Below are positions 28,185 to 41,174 of a stretch of DNA of 64,000 bases, one piece after another. The DNA is from Octopus vulgaris (lineage: Eukaryota). Position numbers and translations under genes: made by a program. The stretch covers positions 35,216,001 to 35,280,000 of the forward strand of contig OX597831.1 of NCBI GenBank assembly GCA_951406725.2, given 5' to 3'. Each line of letters starts with the position of its first letter. Position 1 is the first letter of the stretch. The notes under the pieces were generated by a model. That model was not told where the DNA came from and did not search any database. It saw only the letters and a program-made list of their open reading frames with translations.

Positions 28185-28620
28185 GGTTTCAGATTTTGCC
28201 ACAAGGGCAGCAATTTGTGGGGAGAGAATGAGTCGATTACATCAACTCCAGTGTTTAATTGGTATTTATTTTATCAATTCCGAAAGGATGAAAGGTAAAG
28301 TCGACCGTGGCAGAATTTGAACTCAGAACATTGTGACAGGCGAAATATTGCTAAGCATTTCATCCAGTACACTAACAATTCAGCCATCTGGCTACCATAT
28401 AATCCTTTCTACTTTTGGTACAAGGCCTGAAATTTCAAGGAAGGGGTTAAGTCGATTACATTGATACCAGTACTCAACTGGTACTTAATTTATTGACCAC
28501 TGAAAGGATGAAAGGCAAAGTAGACCTCGGCAGAGTTTGAACTCAGAAAATAGCAATGTGTGAAATACTGCTAAGCATTCCATCCAGCATGCTAATGGTT
28601 CTGCCAGCTCACCACCTTAA
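28185..28620 (-). mobile_element. Tandem SINE family B copies
   Basis: Two consecutive B cores; other B copies at 15463, 16240, 18970, 28935, 41695, 42180, 43125, 61560. Confidence 0.8.
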
Positions 28621-28898
28621 TAATAATAATAATAATAATAATGATGAAGAAGAGGAGGAGGCAGAAAAAGGAAAAAGAGCATGACGTGTAATAAAACACA
28701 GAATGACCTTGTTTATCAAGTATTATTCTTGCCTTATGTTGAACCTGAAGAAGACTGATATCCTGTTCAAATATTGTTCAATTTAATAAAAAAAAAATGT
28801 CATTCTGTGTTTTATTACCTGTCATATCATGCTCTTCTTTTAATTGCATATTTACCTTTGTGAAGAGTTTTATCAGTCATAAATTAAGAACAACAGTA

Positions 28899-28933
<35 letters not shown>

Positions 28934-29178
28934 TATGGTTTCAAATTTTGCCACAAGTGCACCAATTTTGGGTGAGGGGAATTGTCAATTTCATTGACCC
29001 CAGTGCATAACTGGTACTTAATTTATCGACCCCAAAATGACAAAAGGTAAATTCAACCCTGGCAGCATTTGAACTCAGAATATAGCGACAAGCGAAATAC
29101 TACTAAGTACTTTGTCTGGCATACTAATGATTCTGCCAGTTTGCCGCTTTTTTTGATAATAATAATTATAATATTAAT

Positions 29179-29560
29179 AACAAGAGTGTTCAGAGAGTGT
29201 AAACCTCCACCAAGGCAACACCAACGTCCTCTCAACGATTAGTCAGAGATTATTTTTAAAATGAGAATATCTGAAATAAACTCCACTGCTCTCACAAATG
29301 AGAATACTAAAGATGAACCTGACCACTCTCAAATATTAAGTAAAAAGAAAAGAACGAAAAAATTATCCAGAATCCTTGTCTGGAACTGGATAGGTCCCAA
29401 AATCTAATCAGTTTGTGCCAGTTATAAGGCCAAACATCCCTGAAAGTTTCATCCAAATCCATCTTGCTGCTCTTCAGATATCTTGTCCATGGACAAACAA
29501 ACAGACAAAGAAACACGACTGAAAACAATACCACCGCCTTCGCTGAGGCGGAGGTAATAA
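29179..29560 (-). mobile_element. Helentron/DINE-1-like non-autonomous element
   Basis: Subterminal inverted ACCTCCRCC/GGYGGAGGT, GTYT microsatellite near the 5' end, 3' hairpin, T-rich insertion site. Confidence 0.6.
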
Positions 29561-29571
29561 TAATAATAATT

Positions 29572-30130
29572 TTTTTTATTAGCCACAAGGGCTCACATAC
29601 AAAGCATTAAAAGACATGCAACAACACTAAAGACAAAAACAGGACGATACAATGGGCTTTCACGTGTACACAGTGTAATAGCAAAAAAAAATTGAACAAA
29701 TTAAAACTCCCAATAGGGGAGGCGCTTTAAGGTCCTTGTGGAAAAATCCACAATAGCCACGAGTGCCTGAACAACAAAGCAAGAGCTCTTCTCCTTTTTT
29801 TTCACAGGCGCATGCTCAGAATTGGTCCTTTCACACTGGCCATTCTTCCAACGTTCACCCACCTTTCAACAAACTTGCTACAAGGCAACACTTCCATCTC
29901 CACCCTCAACTTTCTTTTCAAGTGAAACTTGGAAAAGTTGATGAGGGCTTGGCCAAGGAGAAAAGTGTCTGTCTTTAGCCCTTTCAAATGGGTCCATGAT
30001 ACTATCTCTTTCACTACAGCCACTAAACAAATAAAAATTGCCTGCCTCTCCCAGCCAAAAGAGGGCAGCAGGGCAATCTTCACAATGGACTTGGCTAATA
30101 GCCGGATTCATCCCACATGTGACAGCAGGT
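29572..30130 (-). mobile_element. L1/Tx1-like LINE 3' fragment
   Basis: ORF 29802-30083 (LVAVVKEIVSW...FHLKRKLRVE...KFVERW) followed by a 3'UTR ending GCCCTTGTGGCTAATAAA; second 3'UTR copy at 41928-42160. Confidence 0.55.
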
Positions 30131-30827
30131 GTTCAACATAAACCCACTGGTCAGCAATACTCGGGCACTTTTTATGCTTTTTATGTAGCACCTTGGTTTT
30201 AGGATCTCGATTCTGTTCTGGAGGGTGGGTTTTCTTGAATACAGCAAAGCACCACATGTCTTGCTTCTCTGTCATCTCCTTTGTAGGGTTCAGCATTTTG
30301 AGATCAGCCTTCACTACTTTGTCCCATATCTTCCTGGTTCTCTCTCTTCTACAACTTACCTCAATAGTAATTACAATTTCAAATTTCGGCACAAAGCCTG
30401 CAATTTTGGGTGACTGGGTATGTCGATTATATCGATCTCAATGCTCAACTGGCTCTTATTTTATTGACCCTGAAAGAATGAAAGGTAAAATTGACCTTGG
30501 CAAAAACAGTTGACCAACAATTTATGTATATTGATGTAACTCTTCCTGATGGTAAATACATATCAGAAATGTACAATGTGATATGGCAATAAAATAAAGA
30601 TTGACATTATTTATTGAATTCTACAATATTTCAATCGTATATTCGTCTTCTTCAGAGTGTGAATGAGACATGAAAAATGCACAGAAATTCAAAATTTCAT
30701 CTAGGATATCCACCATTTCTTCATAGACAAAAATGTCAAGTTTTACCTGTTCGTAACTGGTTAAAACTAGAAGACCTTGGGAGAGAGGGTGGGCTAGGAA
30801 AGAAAGAATTTTTTTCATTTTCCATCT

Positions 30828-30875
30828 TGAACCTGAACAAGGCATGACAGACAAACTGTCGAAATATATTGTTCA
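30828..30875 (+). ncRNA. Degenerate hammerhead motif (TTGAAC family)
   Basis: TGAAC-CTGAACA-aggcat-GACAG-ACAAA-CTGTC-GAAA-TATA-TT-GTTCA; G8>C. A related copy at 28739-28781 lacks GAAA. Confidence 0.5.
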
Positions 30876-30975
30876 GTTCAATAAACAAAGCCAATATCTG
30901 TTTTATTACAAATCACATTGCATTCTTCCTATTGTGTAATAATAATAATAATAATAATGTGTTATTTCATTTCAG

Positions 30976-31081
30976 TTACGATTCTGGCTATTTTCCATGA
31001 TCTCAATGTTGATGTTGATTTGTATGCCCTTGTCTTTGGTGAAAGTGTGCTCAATGATGCAGTGGCTATAGTGTTGTCTCG
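30976..31081 (+). CDS. SLC9A6/7/9: NHE exon: (V)[34 protein letters not shown]
   Basis: tttcAG acceptor, GTatgt donor, 106 nt; ion-binding ND motif. Confidence 0.96.
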
Positions 31082-31259
31082 GTATGTATTAACCTCACGC
31101 TCACTCACTTTCGTGCAACTCTCGTTATACTGTCTGTTTGTCTACTCCATAGTTTCATAGTGTTTTTTTTTTCTTTTCCATGTTTAATTTGATTCTTTCA
31201 TTGCCACCTGCTTTATTTTTATATTAACACACACACACACATGTATATATACCATAAGG

Positions 31260-31500
31260 AGTGGATTGACACTTTCGAGAGAGCATGTATTGTGTATGAA
31301 GAACTTAAGCTTGCTGCTCGAAAGTGCACTGCTGGTGTAGTGAATGGGGAAAGCTTGGTCTGCATTGTTTGCAGTCGTGTATGCTTGTCAAGAGCAGGGC
31401 TCATTAGCCACCAACAGAGCCACAAATGCAAAATATAGGTCAGTCCTAGAACACACAATGTTCCTGGTCAGCAATGGTCTTCCTCGATCACAAGTAGATG
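31260..31500 (+). mobile_element. RTE (BovB-like) C-terminal zinc-finger fragment
   Basis: CIVCSRVCLSRAGLISHQQSH. Confidence 0.65.
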
Positions 31501-31954
31501 GCCATCATGCACTCATATGTGTACACACACACACACATTGAATCATATTTGCTTTTTGCTTTAATTATGTTTGTTTGATGGCATGTTTGATAGTTTTAGA
31601 CTAGTGGTGTTCAACCAGAGTTCACATGACCTTTGGGGGTCCATTTAAGATTTCGTTGTTAAAATTTATCTGCAATAAATCGGTTATACAGCTACAATAC
31701 ACAAAATATTTTAGTAATTTTCTTGTATAATTCCTTATAATATTTATAAAACTATAACAGATTTTTCAACCCTTTGGCATTTAAACTGGCTGTACCTGGC
31801 CCAAATATTCTACCTGTTTTATGTTCAAACTGGCCAGATCTAGCCACTCACACTTTCCCTACAATGTTATTCTAAAAATAAACAATCATATCATCAAAAT
31901 TTCAAGCCATGAGATAATGCATGATTAATTAAAAACAATGTGAATAAATAAGTT

Positions 31955-32615
31955 TGGTGCATGGTTCAGTGGTTAGAGCATTGAGCTCACAATCATGAGG
32001 CAGTGAGTTCGATTCCTGGACCAGGCTGTGTGTTGTGTTCTTGAGCAAGACACTTTATTTCACATTGCTCCAGTTTGCAGAAATGAATTGCAATGTCACT
32101 GGTGCCAAGCTGTATTGGCCCCTTTGCCTTTCCCTTGGATAACATGAGTGGCATGGAGAAGCGAGGCTGGTAGGCATGGGCAACTGCTTGTCTTCCATAA
32201 ACACAAATTTGCCCGGACTTATACCTCAGAGGAGAACTTTCTAGGTGCAATCTCATGGACATTCAATACCCTTTATGGCTTAGTGGTTAGAGCATCAGGC
32301 TCACAATCATGAGGTAGTGAGTTTGATTCCTGGACTGGGCTGTGTGTTGTGTTCTTGAGCAAGACACTTTATTTCACGTTGCTCCAGTTCATTCAGGTGT
32401 AGAAATGAGTTGTGATGTCACTGGTGCCAAGCTGTATCAGCCTTTGCCTTTCCCTTGGATAACATCAGTGACATGGAGAGGGAAGGCTGGTATGCATGGG
32501 CGACTGCTGGTCTTCCATAAACAACCTTGCCCGGACTCGTGCCTCAGAGGGGAACTTTGTAGGTGCAATCCCATGGTCATTCATGACTGAAGGGAGTCTT
32601 TACCCTTTACCCTTT
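31955..32615 (+). mobile_element. Tandem dimer of tRNA-derived SINE family C inside a TTAA-type MITE (about 31768-32650)
   Basis: A box TGGTTCAGTGG, B box GAGTTCGATTCC, TGTTCTTGAGCAAGACACTTT core; MITE sequence resumes after the second copy. Other C copies at 44735, 48722, 50225, 63514. Confidence 0.85.
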
Positions 32616-32841
32616 TACATTTGATAGAGTGATCTGAAAGTTAAAGGATTAAACATTGAATGACCATGGTCTCCACTTGAGTAAAGTAGGAATTAAAGGG
32701 GCTCATAGGCAAAAAGTGGCTGAGAACTACTGTTTCAGAGTTACAAATAATCAAATAATTTATCCTAAATCCTCTCTCTCTCTCTCTTTCTCTCATAACT
32801 CTTCTGCTTTGCTCTTTCTGTAACTCACACAAAGTAACAAG

Positions 32842-32980
32842 TACGAGGAGGTACTGAAAAGTTCCTGGCCTTGGGTAAAAGAAAATACAGGAGGGTCAGT
32901 CAGTTATGATTTTATCCAACATATTCCCCTCTCAGATTCACACATACAGCAACGATCCTTCAGTTTTCCTAAGCCCCATA
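32842..32980 (-). mobile_element. Mariner 3' end fragment
   Basis: TA-CGAGGAGGTACTGAAAAGTTCC TIR; CVNLRGEYVG* on the minus strand. Confidence 0.6.
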
Positions 32981-34311
32981 AGAGTCTGGTGCAGCTCCTC
33001 AGCTTACCAGCCCTGATCAAACCATCCAACCCATGCCAGCATGGACAATAGATATTAAATTATGATGATGATGATGATGATGTTCAAACCTGTCACTTTA
33101 TTTTTATCCAATTTATCAGACTGAACTTAATACATGTGCCATGTCTTCAGTATAGTTGAGTAGTTGAAGGTGGTTAGAAATAGGAAGGATTTACCTCTGT
33201 GAAGATATTTAGTGAACATGACCCAAAATATAAAAGAAAAACGAGAATGAATTGGAAAATGAAAATAATATAACATATACACATAAGCATTCTCTCTCTT
33301 TCCCATGTGCATTCACACATGAATAAACAATGCATAAACATAAAATGCATTCATGCATGCAAGCAGTCACACCCATTTGCAATTCACAAACACACATGAC
33401 CATTTTGCTGGGTGGTTGGTATTAGGGAGGGCATCCAACCATAAAAACCATGCCAAAGCAGACACAGAAGTCTGGTGTATGCTCTTGCCCGACCAGCTCC
33501 TGTCAAATCATCCAACCCATGCCAGCATGGGAAGGAGGACATTAAACGATGATGATGATGATATGCATAAAGAAATATTCATGCTTTCACACAATACATA
33601 AATGCAGACACACGCAAAGACAGATGGTGCATAAACGTTCACAACACCAACACAATACTTTTATGTATACACATATATAGTATATAAACCATACAGACAT
33701 ATAGGTCATATATTAATACACGCATGCACACACACACTCAATGCATTAACCTATACAGAGACATAGATAATGCATAGACATATGCCAAAGTATTCATAAT
33801 GAATAAATATATCCACCCACACACATATAGACATATATAATACATACAGCCACACAAACATAGATCATGCATAAGCACCACCCCCCTCACACACAATGCA
33901 TAGAAATGAAAGTCTGGCAATTTAATTGCCAATTAAATCAACAATTGTCTAGATTTAACATTCATTTTGCTTGTTTAAATATAGCTTAGGCTAGTATTTC
34001 TAATTCACCTATTTACTAGATGGTTTCTCTAGCTAATTCACTTCAAGTGTATCTTGCACTCGCTACACAATTGATTACCTTCCTGGGGCAATCTGCAAAC
34101 AGTGGATTTTTTTGTTTGTTAAGTTCTGTTTGGGTCTTGCACCTCACTGGTAAAATGTTTCTGGTGGTGAATCACCAACTTATTGTCTAAACGGGAGATT
34201 GACCACTGAACGCATTTCCTAGTCCCACCAGCTCAGAGGGATACCAGAACTTGTATGCTACTTCAGGAATAGAGACGGTGAAGTTAGATTTTTGTCCTGG
34301 ACAAGACCTTG

Positions 34312-34536
34312 ACCCTTTAGAATTCAGATTATTCTGTCTTTTGTAATGCCTATTTCTTCACTTTGTTTTGAATAAATTATGCATTATCTTGTAGCTCTGA
34401 GATTTAAAAGATATGATTGGTTATTTTTAGAATGACATTGTAGCTTAAGCATGAGAGGTCATCTCTGGCCAGTTTGTACATAAAACTGACAGAATATTTT
34501 GGCCTAATATGTCCAGTTTAAATGCTAAAGGGTTAA
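34312..34536. mobile_element. About 225-bp TTAA-target (piggyBac-like) MITE
   Basis: Ends CCCTTTAG...CTAAAGGG-TTAA; copies at about 5905, 27135, 37577, 46490, 49893, 56230. Confidence 0.7.
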
Positions 34537-35221
34537 ACTGCCTCTGATAGAAAGGTTCCAGCTCAGGAATATATGAATTTTGAGGAGCATGGAGTCAGCC
34601 CTTAGTCATTGCTGCTTCCAGGTATTTTCTGGCCTAGTATGGTAGTCCCTGTCATGTATCCCAGGTATGGGCCAAATATCTGAGGGGGCTGGCTTTTAGG
34701 CATGTATCACACAGGCTCACCAATGTGTGAATATGCCCTGATGTCATATAAACCAGTTTAAGGCATACAAAGGCCCTGTGACTGAAGGGTCAGCTGAGGA
34801 GAGCAGGTGCTGAGTAGAGTATATAAGCTATCAAAAGGCAATGCGAAATCACTGATGTATTTTTCTCAAGAAAATCATGCATCTTCAGATTTTGACATGG
34901 ATATCCCTGATTGCCTATACCTGAACAGGACACAAAGAGAGAGAGAGAGATGTCACTTCTGTACATAGTCTTCTGTACCAAAGTACATTTTCCTCCTATT
35001 TTTCTCTCTCCCCTCTATCTCTCCACCCTTCTCTCTCCCCTTATCCCTCTTATTTTCTTCTGGATATATTTCTCTTCCCTTTCCTATTTGCACTGTGTAC
35101 TCTCTCTCCCTCTCTCTTTCTCTCTTCTTTTCTCTTTCTCTATGAACTCCACCTCCATCTTTATGTCTCGACATGACTACCCTCTTACCTTTCTTTCTAT
35201 TTCTGTCTCACTCTCCCTTTT

Positions 35222-35600
35222 TTACTTTTCTCAGTCATTTGACTGTGCCCATGCTGGAGCACTGCCTTTAGTTGAGCAAATCGACCCCAGGACCTATTCT
35301 TTGTAAGCCTAGTACTTGTTCTATCGGTCTTTCAGGCCGAACCGCTAAGTTACGGGGATGTAAACACACCAGCATCGGTGTTGGGGGGACAAATACAGAC
35401 ATACAAACATATATACACACATACATATATATACATACATATGACGGGCTTCTTTTAGTTTCCGTCTACCAAATCCATTCACAAGGCTTTGGTCGGCCCA
35501 AGGCTATAGTAGAAGACACTTGCTCAAAGTGCCACGCAGTGGGACTGAACCTGGAACCATGTGGTTGGTAAGCAAGCTACTTACCACACAGCCACTCCTA
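35222..35600 (-). mobile_element. SINE family A
   Basis: Match to the 3201 copy; another at 38638-39022 (-). Confidence 0.85.
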
Positions 35601-35805
35601 TACCTATACTCATTGACATTTCTCAAATTTCTCTCAGCCAATGTAATTTCATTTTAAAAGCAACGCACCTGGCCTTCCACATAAGTAGAGAGGTATATAA
35701 GACAGACAAATATATCAGCCTCGCCTGCCAAATTAACAAGCAGGATATAGCAATGACTTAACTGCAAGCAGTTCCTATAAAACTGGAAACTAAATACACA
35801 TAATA

Positions 35806-35872
<67 letters not shown>

Positions 35873-37159
35873 GACACAATTGTACGTCTGTGAAATGACA
35901 TCTAGATATGGTTTATAATAAAAATTATTCACAAATTAGGTGAAATAAAACAAAGACAGGGGGGATGGTGTATTTATTTAAAACGTCTACAAGGAATATG
36001 TGGTGAGAGGAACATGTGACATCGTTTTATATCCTATATCCATGCTGTCATGGAATAAAGGTGTGGCCACGTACCAGGCGAGTTATTCACAGTTCCGACC
36101 CTAGTGAGGTTAACAGTAGAAACAGAGAAATATAACAAAGTATAAGATAAACTGATGGTAATGTTTACCGTCCGAGTTGTCTGGAAACGATAATACACTT
36201 AAAAATTTTTAATATTTTTCGGGAAGTATGTAACTAATACACCTTAAACAACACTTTTCAACGAAATTTGAGACAGAAATAGAGAAATACAGGTAAATAA
36301 TGCCAAAATTTAAATTCACAAGGCTTTAGTGGGCCCAAGGCTTTGGTGGGCCCAAGGCTTTAGTAGAAGACTCTTGCCTATGGTGCCACGCAATGGGCCT
36401 GAACCTGGAACCATGTGGTTGGTAAGCAAGCTACATACCACACAGCCACTCCTGCGCCTAATCATCTTCACTATAAAATTATTATAACGAGTAGTAAAAC
36501 ACAAAAACTTGTGTGCGTGTGTATACAGTGTGACAATGGCTTAATTGACTGATACTTTGAAGTCACTGTAAATGATATTCTTGTCTAAGAATAATAAAAT
36601 TTATACTGTACAAAAGCATAGAGTAACCCGTCAGATTAATATAAAATCCTTTTTATTATAACCGAACATAAAACAAATATTCATGTAACACACATACATT
36701 GAAAGCAAAAAACAATGTCACCACCACTTCTTCCACCACTATCAGAACCATCTGCAATAACCAAGCATCTGCTGCCACCACTAGTAACCAGTTCCACCAG
36801 CAGCACCACCCCTCCAACAACAACAAAGAAACAAATGTCACCACTATTACCAATTGTAATTAACAAGCATCTGTTACAATATGTAAACAGCCCTTTTAAA
36901 TCTTTAGATGTTGAAATTCACAAAGAGAATGCTCAGCTACAACACATTCAGCAAATCTTTTATCTGTTTCAGTTATTGGATTGTGGCCATGCTGGGGCAC
37001 TGCCTCTTGAATTGGTTTTAGTTGAACAAGTCACTCCCAGTACCTAGTTTTATTAGTTTGGTACTGATTTCAGTAGTCCTTTTTGTGTCGCTGTAGGTTA
37101 CTGGATACCAACCTGTCATACGCATGCACACACACACACACACACACACACAATATGCT

Positions 37160-38105
37160 GGTAGTCCATTGGTGTCCAATGATGACAAAGTTTGTGTTCT
37201 CAGTAACAAGAGCGCATGTGACTCCACAGTTCAAAGCTGGAAGCACACAGTTGCTCACAGATGTCACAAAGATAGTCTGTTGACTGGATTGAGGTGGACG
37301 CTGCCCTGTAACATCTTTATCTTGTAACTTTGAGGTGCTGTCACCAGTCCTCTTCAGAGGCAGCTGCTGCTCATGAGAGGAGAGATCTCCACATTGATCT
37401 GCCTGTGGCAGAGGCTTCAAGTTTGCATGGACTAATGCCACTCTATTTGAGGTTAATTTTCAGAGTGTCCATGTACCTCAGTTTAGACCTTCCTTGTTTG
37501 CTTGAGCCCTGCATGGGATTGCTGCACAACAGGTACATGGTTGTCGGTCATTCTGATGACATGGCCAGTCCGGTATAACCCTTTAGTGTTCAGATTATTC
37601 AGTCAAATGTGATGTTTGTTTATTTAAGATGGCTTGAATTAATCATGCATCATCTTGTAGTTTAGAGATTTCAGTGATGTGATTTTTTAGTTTTAGAATG
37701 ACATTGTAGGGCTGAGGTGAGATCTGGTCGGTTTCAATATAAAATAGGTTAAATATTTTGGCCAGATATGGCTGGTTTAAACTAAGCCTTCAGCAACATT
37801 GACTCAATGATTGTTGAACTAGCTCTCTCCAGCACTTCTTGGTTTGTTACTCTGTCGTGCCAGTGAATGCCATGATCCTGTGCAGTGCTCTTGGGCGAAA
37901 CTGTTCCACCTGTTTCATGTGCTGGCAGTATGGGGCCCATATTTCATATCCATAGAGTAGTGTAGAGGTACTACAGCCTTATAGATCTTGAGCTTTGTCA
38001 ACAGTCTGATGCCTTTCCATTGATGGACTTTTACTTTCAGTCTGCCAAGTACTTGGCTGGCTTTCTGGATGAAATTTTGCTGTCCAATAATCTATCAGCT
38101 GTGAT
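37160..38105 (-). mobile_element. RTE-clade LINE 3' fragment interrupted by a TTAA MITE (37577-37780)
   Basis: IQKASQVLGRL...GIRLLTKLKIYKAVV...DRVTNQEVLERA...GHVIRM remnants. Confidence 0.75.
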
Positions 38106-38227
38106 TGTGTTGCCAAGGTACATACATACATTTATGCATTCATATACACACACACACACACACACATACATACATACCAGCTTGTTGTTCCCTCATCTGT
38201 CTTCATCTTTTGTTTTTTGGAAATTTG

Positions 38228-38283
<56 letters not shown>

Positions 38284-40428
38284 GACAGGTTTATACATAG
38301 TTTCCATTTATTACTTACCAAATTCATGCACAAAGCATTGGTCGACCTGAGGCTGTCGTAGAAGAAACTTGCCTAAGGTGCTATGCAGTGGTACTGAACT
38401 CAAACCCCATAGTTGCAAAGCAAGATTTTTTAACCAGACAGCAAAATCTGCACCGTGACAATTTTTATAAACATAAATTTTATTTTCAGTATAAAAGGAA
38501 AGAGAAAGAAATTATTTCCTCTCAACTCCATTTTTCTACCACAACGACGACGACTGCCTCATCCAGGGAAAACATAATCATTCATCTGCATTATGAAATT
38601 GTTATAACATTTCTGGATGCATCTATTCCTTTATTCTTTGACTTGTTTCTGTCACTTGACTGCGCCCATGCTGGAGCACCACCTTGAAGGGTTTTAGTCG
38701 AAGAAGTCGACCCCAGGACTTTTTTTTTTTTAAGCCCAGTATTTATTCCATTGGTCTCTTTTACCGACTGAGTTATGGCAGATGTAAACACACCTATACA
38801 CCGGTTGTCAAGTGGTGATGGCAGTCAAGCACAAGCACAAAGACACACACACACACATATATACCACAGGCTTCTTTCAGTTTCCGTCTACCAAATCCAC
38901 TCACAAGGCTTTGGTCAGCCCAAGGCTATAGTAGAAGACACTTGCCCAAGGTGCCACGCAGTGGGACTAAACATAGAGCTATGTGGTTGGAAAGCAAATT
39001 TCTTACCACACATCCATGCCAGCACCTATGACAATGTTATTTTAACATTGTGCAATTTGCATTCTTTTAACCCTTTGAACCCGCCAGTTTTCTGGCCTGA
39101 GCATATAGTATATATATCCACTTGGCCGTTAACTATTTAACCAATAAAAGACCAGTTTACATCACAGATTAGGCTTCTATTCACGGCCAAACTTTTGGGA
39201 GGAATCTTCGAGAATTGCTGGCGTGACTGGCATGCTAAAGTTCAGTTTTGGAGGTAGAAGTGAGAAAATAAAATAAATAACATGAAATAGGTGTTTTATT
39301 TGTTTATTTATCATAAATAACAACAAAAAACTGGTACATGAATAGGAATAAATCATAACTGAATTTTTTGCAAATTTTCACTGGGAGCTCAGGATGGAAG
39401 TTATGTCAGGATAGGTTGAAAGGGTTAATTTGAATGTCAGCTGGTATTTCAAGGTATTTGACAATGTTCAATAAAAAATATAATCAATTCTATAAGAAAT
39501 CTCACAATCACTAAGTTTGTTTATTGAAGTTTAACCAGTTTTTTTTTTGTAGTAAAAATGTATGCCTCAAGTAAAGTATATTTACATTGTTAATGTTCTT
39601 TTGCAATCTGGAATGCAAGTTTGATATTATAGATGTATTGATATATCGCATGTGTATAAATGTTTCTCTCAAATTTTGCTTGGCAAATCTGCCACCACTA
39701 ATGACCACTATAACAAGTAAACAAGAAATATCACAGATTCTCTTCCCTTCTTTCTCTTTTACCCTTTCTCTCTCCTATTACCATTATTGCCATCAGCCCT
39801 CGCCATGACTACTTTAAGCTAATTTCCTTATCATAATAGATTCCTAACATTAAAGATACAGCAATGTTCATTATATGATAATTTATTTTTCTTTGTCATT
39901 CCCCCCCACTTCTTCCATTCTTATGTCGTTTTCTTTGTACTTTTTTTCTTTCTTTTGTCAATTTCATTCTATATCCTACCTGCATTTACTGAACAATAGC
40001 ATCATTTTGGTTATAAATTTCCAATCAGCCAATAACTAGCTCAGTGCCTTTAATGGTAAAAGTGAGAAGGGACTATATGTGCAATTCGGGCAGAATAAAT
40101 ACCACAATATGGTTTTTTTTTTTTTGTTTAAGTGTATTGGTTTGTCAGTTTTCTTGCAACATGTACATCTCACCGAGACACACACACACACACACACAGA
40201 CTAACACACACACAACTATAATAAACAAGCTTCTGCTCAGATTTTAATAATCAAATTTTACCTGCTAGCTATTAGTCATGTCCTGTGGCTATATCACAAC
40301 GTACTACACAGCAAACAGAATCAAACACAGAACTGCATGGTTGTGAAACAAACATGTTAATTACTTAATCATGCCACTTCTCTTAAAATTAATTAAATAT
40401 TTTAATTGTCTTTTTTTCCCCTCCACAG

Positions 40429-40564
40429 AGCTGTTGAACAATATGCCCATGCAGCGGGAGGAGAAAACCAAGCAAATGCTTTCTTTGGTTCCCTGGGCAA
40501 TTTCGTTGGAGTCTTTTTGGGTGCTTTTGTGATCGGTGCAGCTATTGGCTGCATAACAGCTTTG
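40429..40564 (+). CDS. SLC9A6/7/9: NHE exon: (R)AVEQYAHAAGGENQANAFFGSLGNFVGVFLGAFVIGAAIGCITAL
   Basis: ccacAG acceptor; ends at U12 donor ATATCCTTT; 136 nt. Confidence 0.92.
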
Positions 40565-40602
40565 ATATCCTTTTATATGCAAAAAAAGCCTTATTATTAC
40601 TA

Positions 40603-40743
40603 TTAGGTTGTCCCAAAAGTTCGTAAACACTTGCGAAAATTGAATTTTTACTCGCCAAGTACTAACAAAAACAACAAAAATTATTCCTCAAAATAAAGAC
40701 CATTATTTTCCAAGACTTTCTACGAACTTTTGGGACAACCTTA
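40603..40743. mobile_element. 141-bp mariner-type MITE with TA TSD
   Basis: 21-bp perfect TIR AGGTTGTCCCAAAAGTTCGTA (40605-40625 / 40721-40741). Confidence 0.88.
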
Positions 40744-41174
40744 TATTATTATTATTATTATTATTATTATTGTTGTTGTTAGTATTATATGTTTGACTTT
40801 TGCTTTGTATTTGTACAAGTTGACTCCAAGTCTCACCCAGAGACCTTGAGACAAATTAGAAGTTCATGTTGGTGTTATGCCTAGGGTGTCATATATTTGG
40901 TTTTGCACATAGTATATTGTTCTAGAGAATATTTAAGAAAACATAAGAAAATAGTGAGTTTGTTTCAAAATTTGAGATTATTATAAAATAAGTATTAACT
41001 GAACACTGGGGTCAATAGTAGAAAGGATTCTTCTTATTACTATTACTATTTATCCAAGTCTATGAGCTGGCAAAATCATTAGCACACTGGGAAAAATGCT
41101 CAGTGGTATTCTGTCCGTCTTCATGTTCTGTATTATTATTATTATAATTATTATTATCATCATCATTATTATTA

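Noticed and set aside
40427-40430. Tandem acceptors cAGAG (also 60961-60964)
   Set aside because: The distal AG shifts the frame by 2 nt and nothing suggests it is used.
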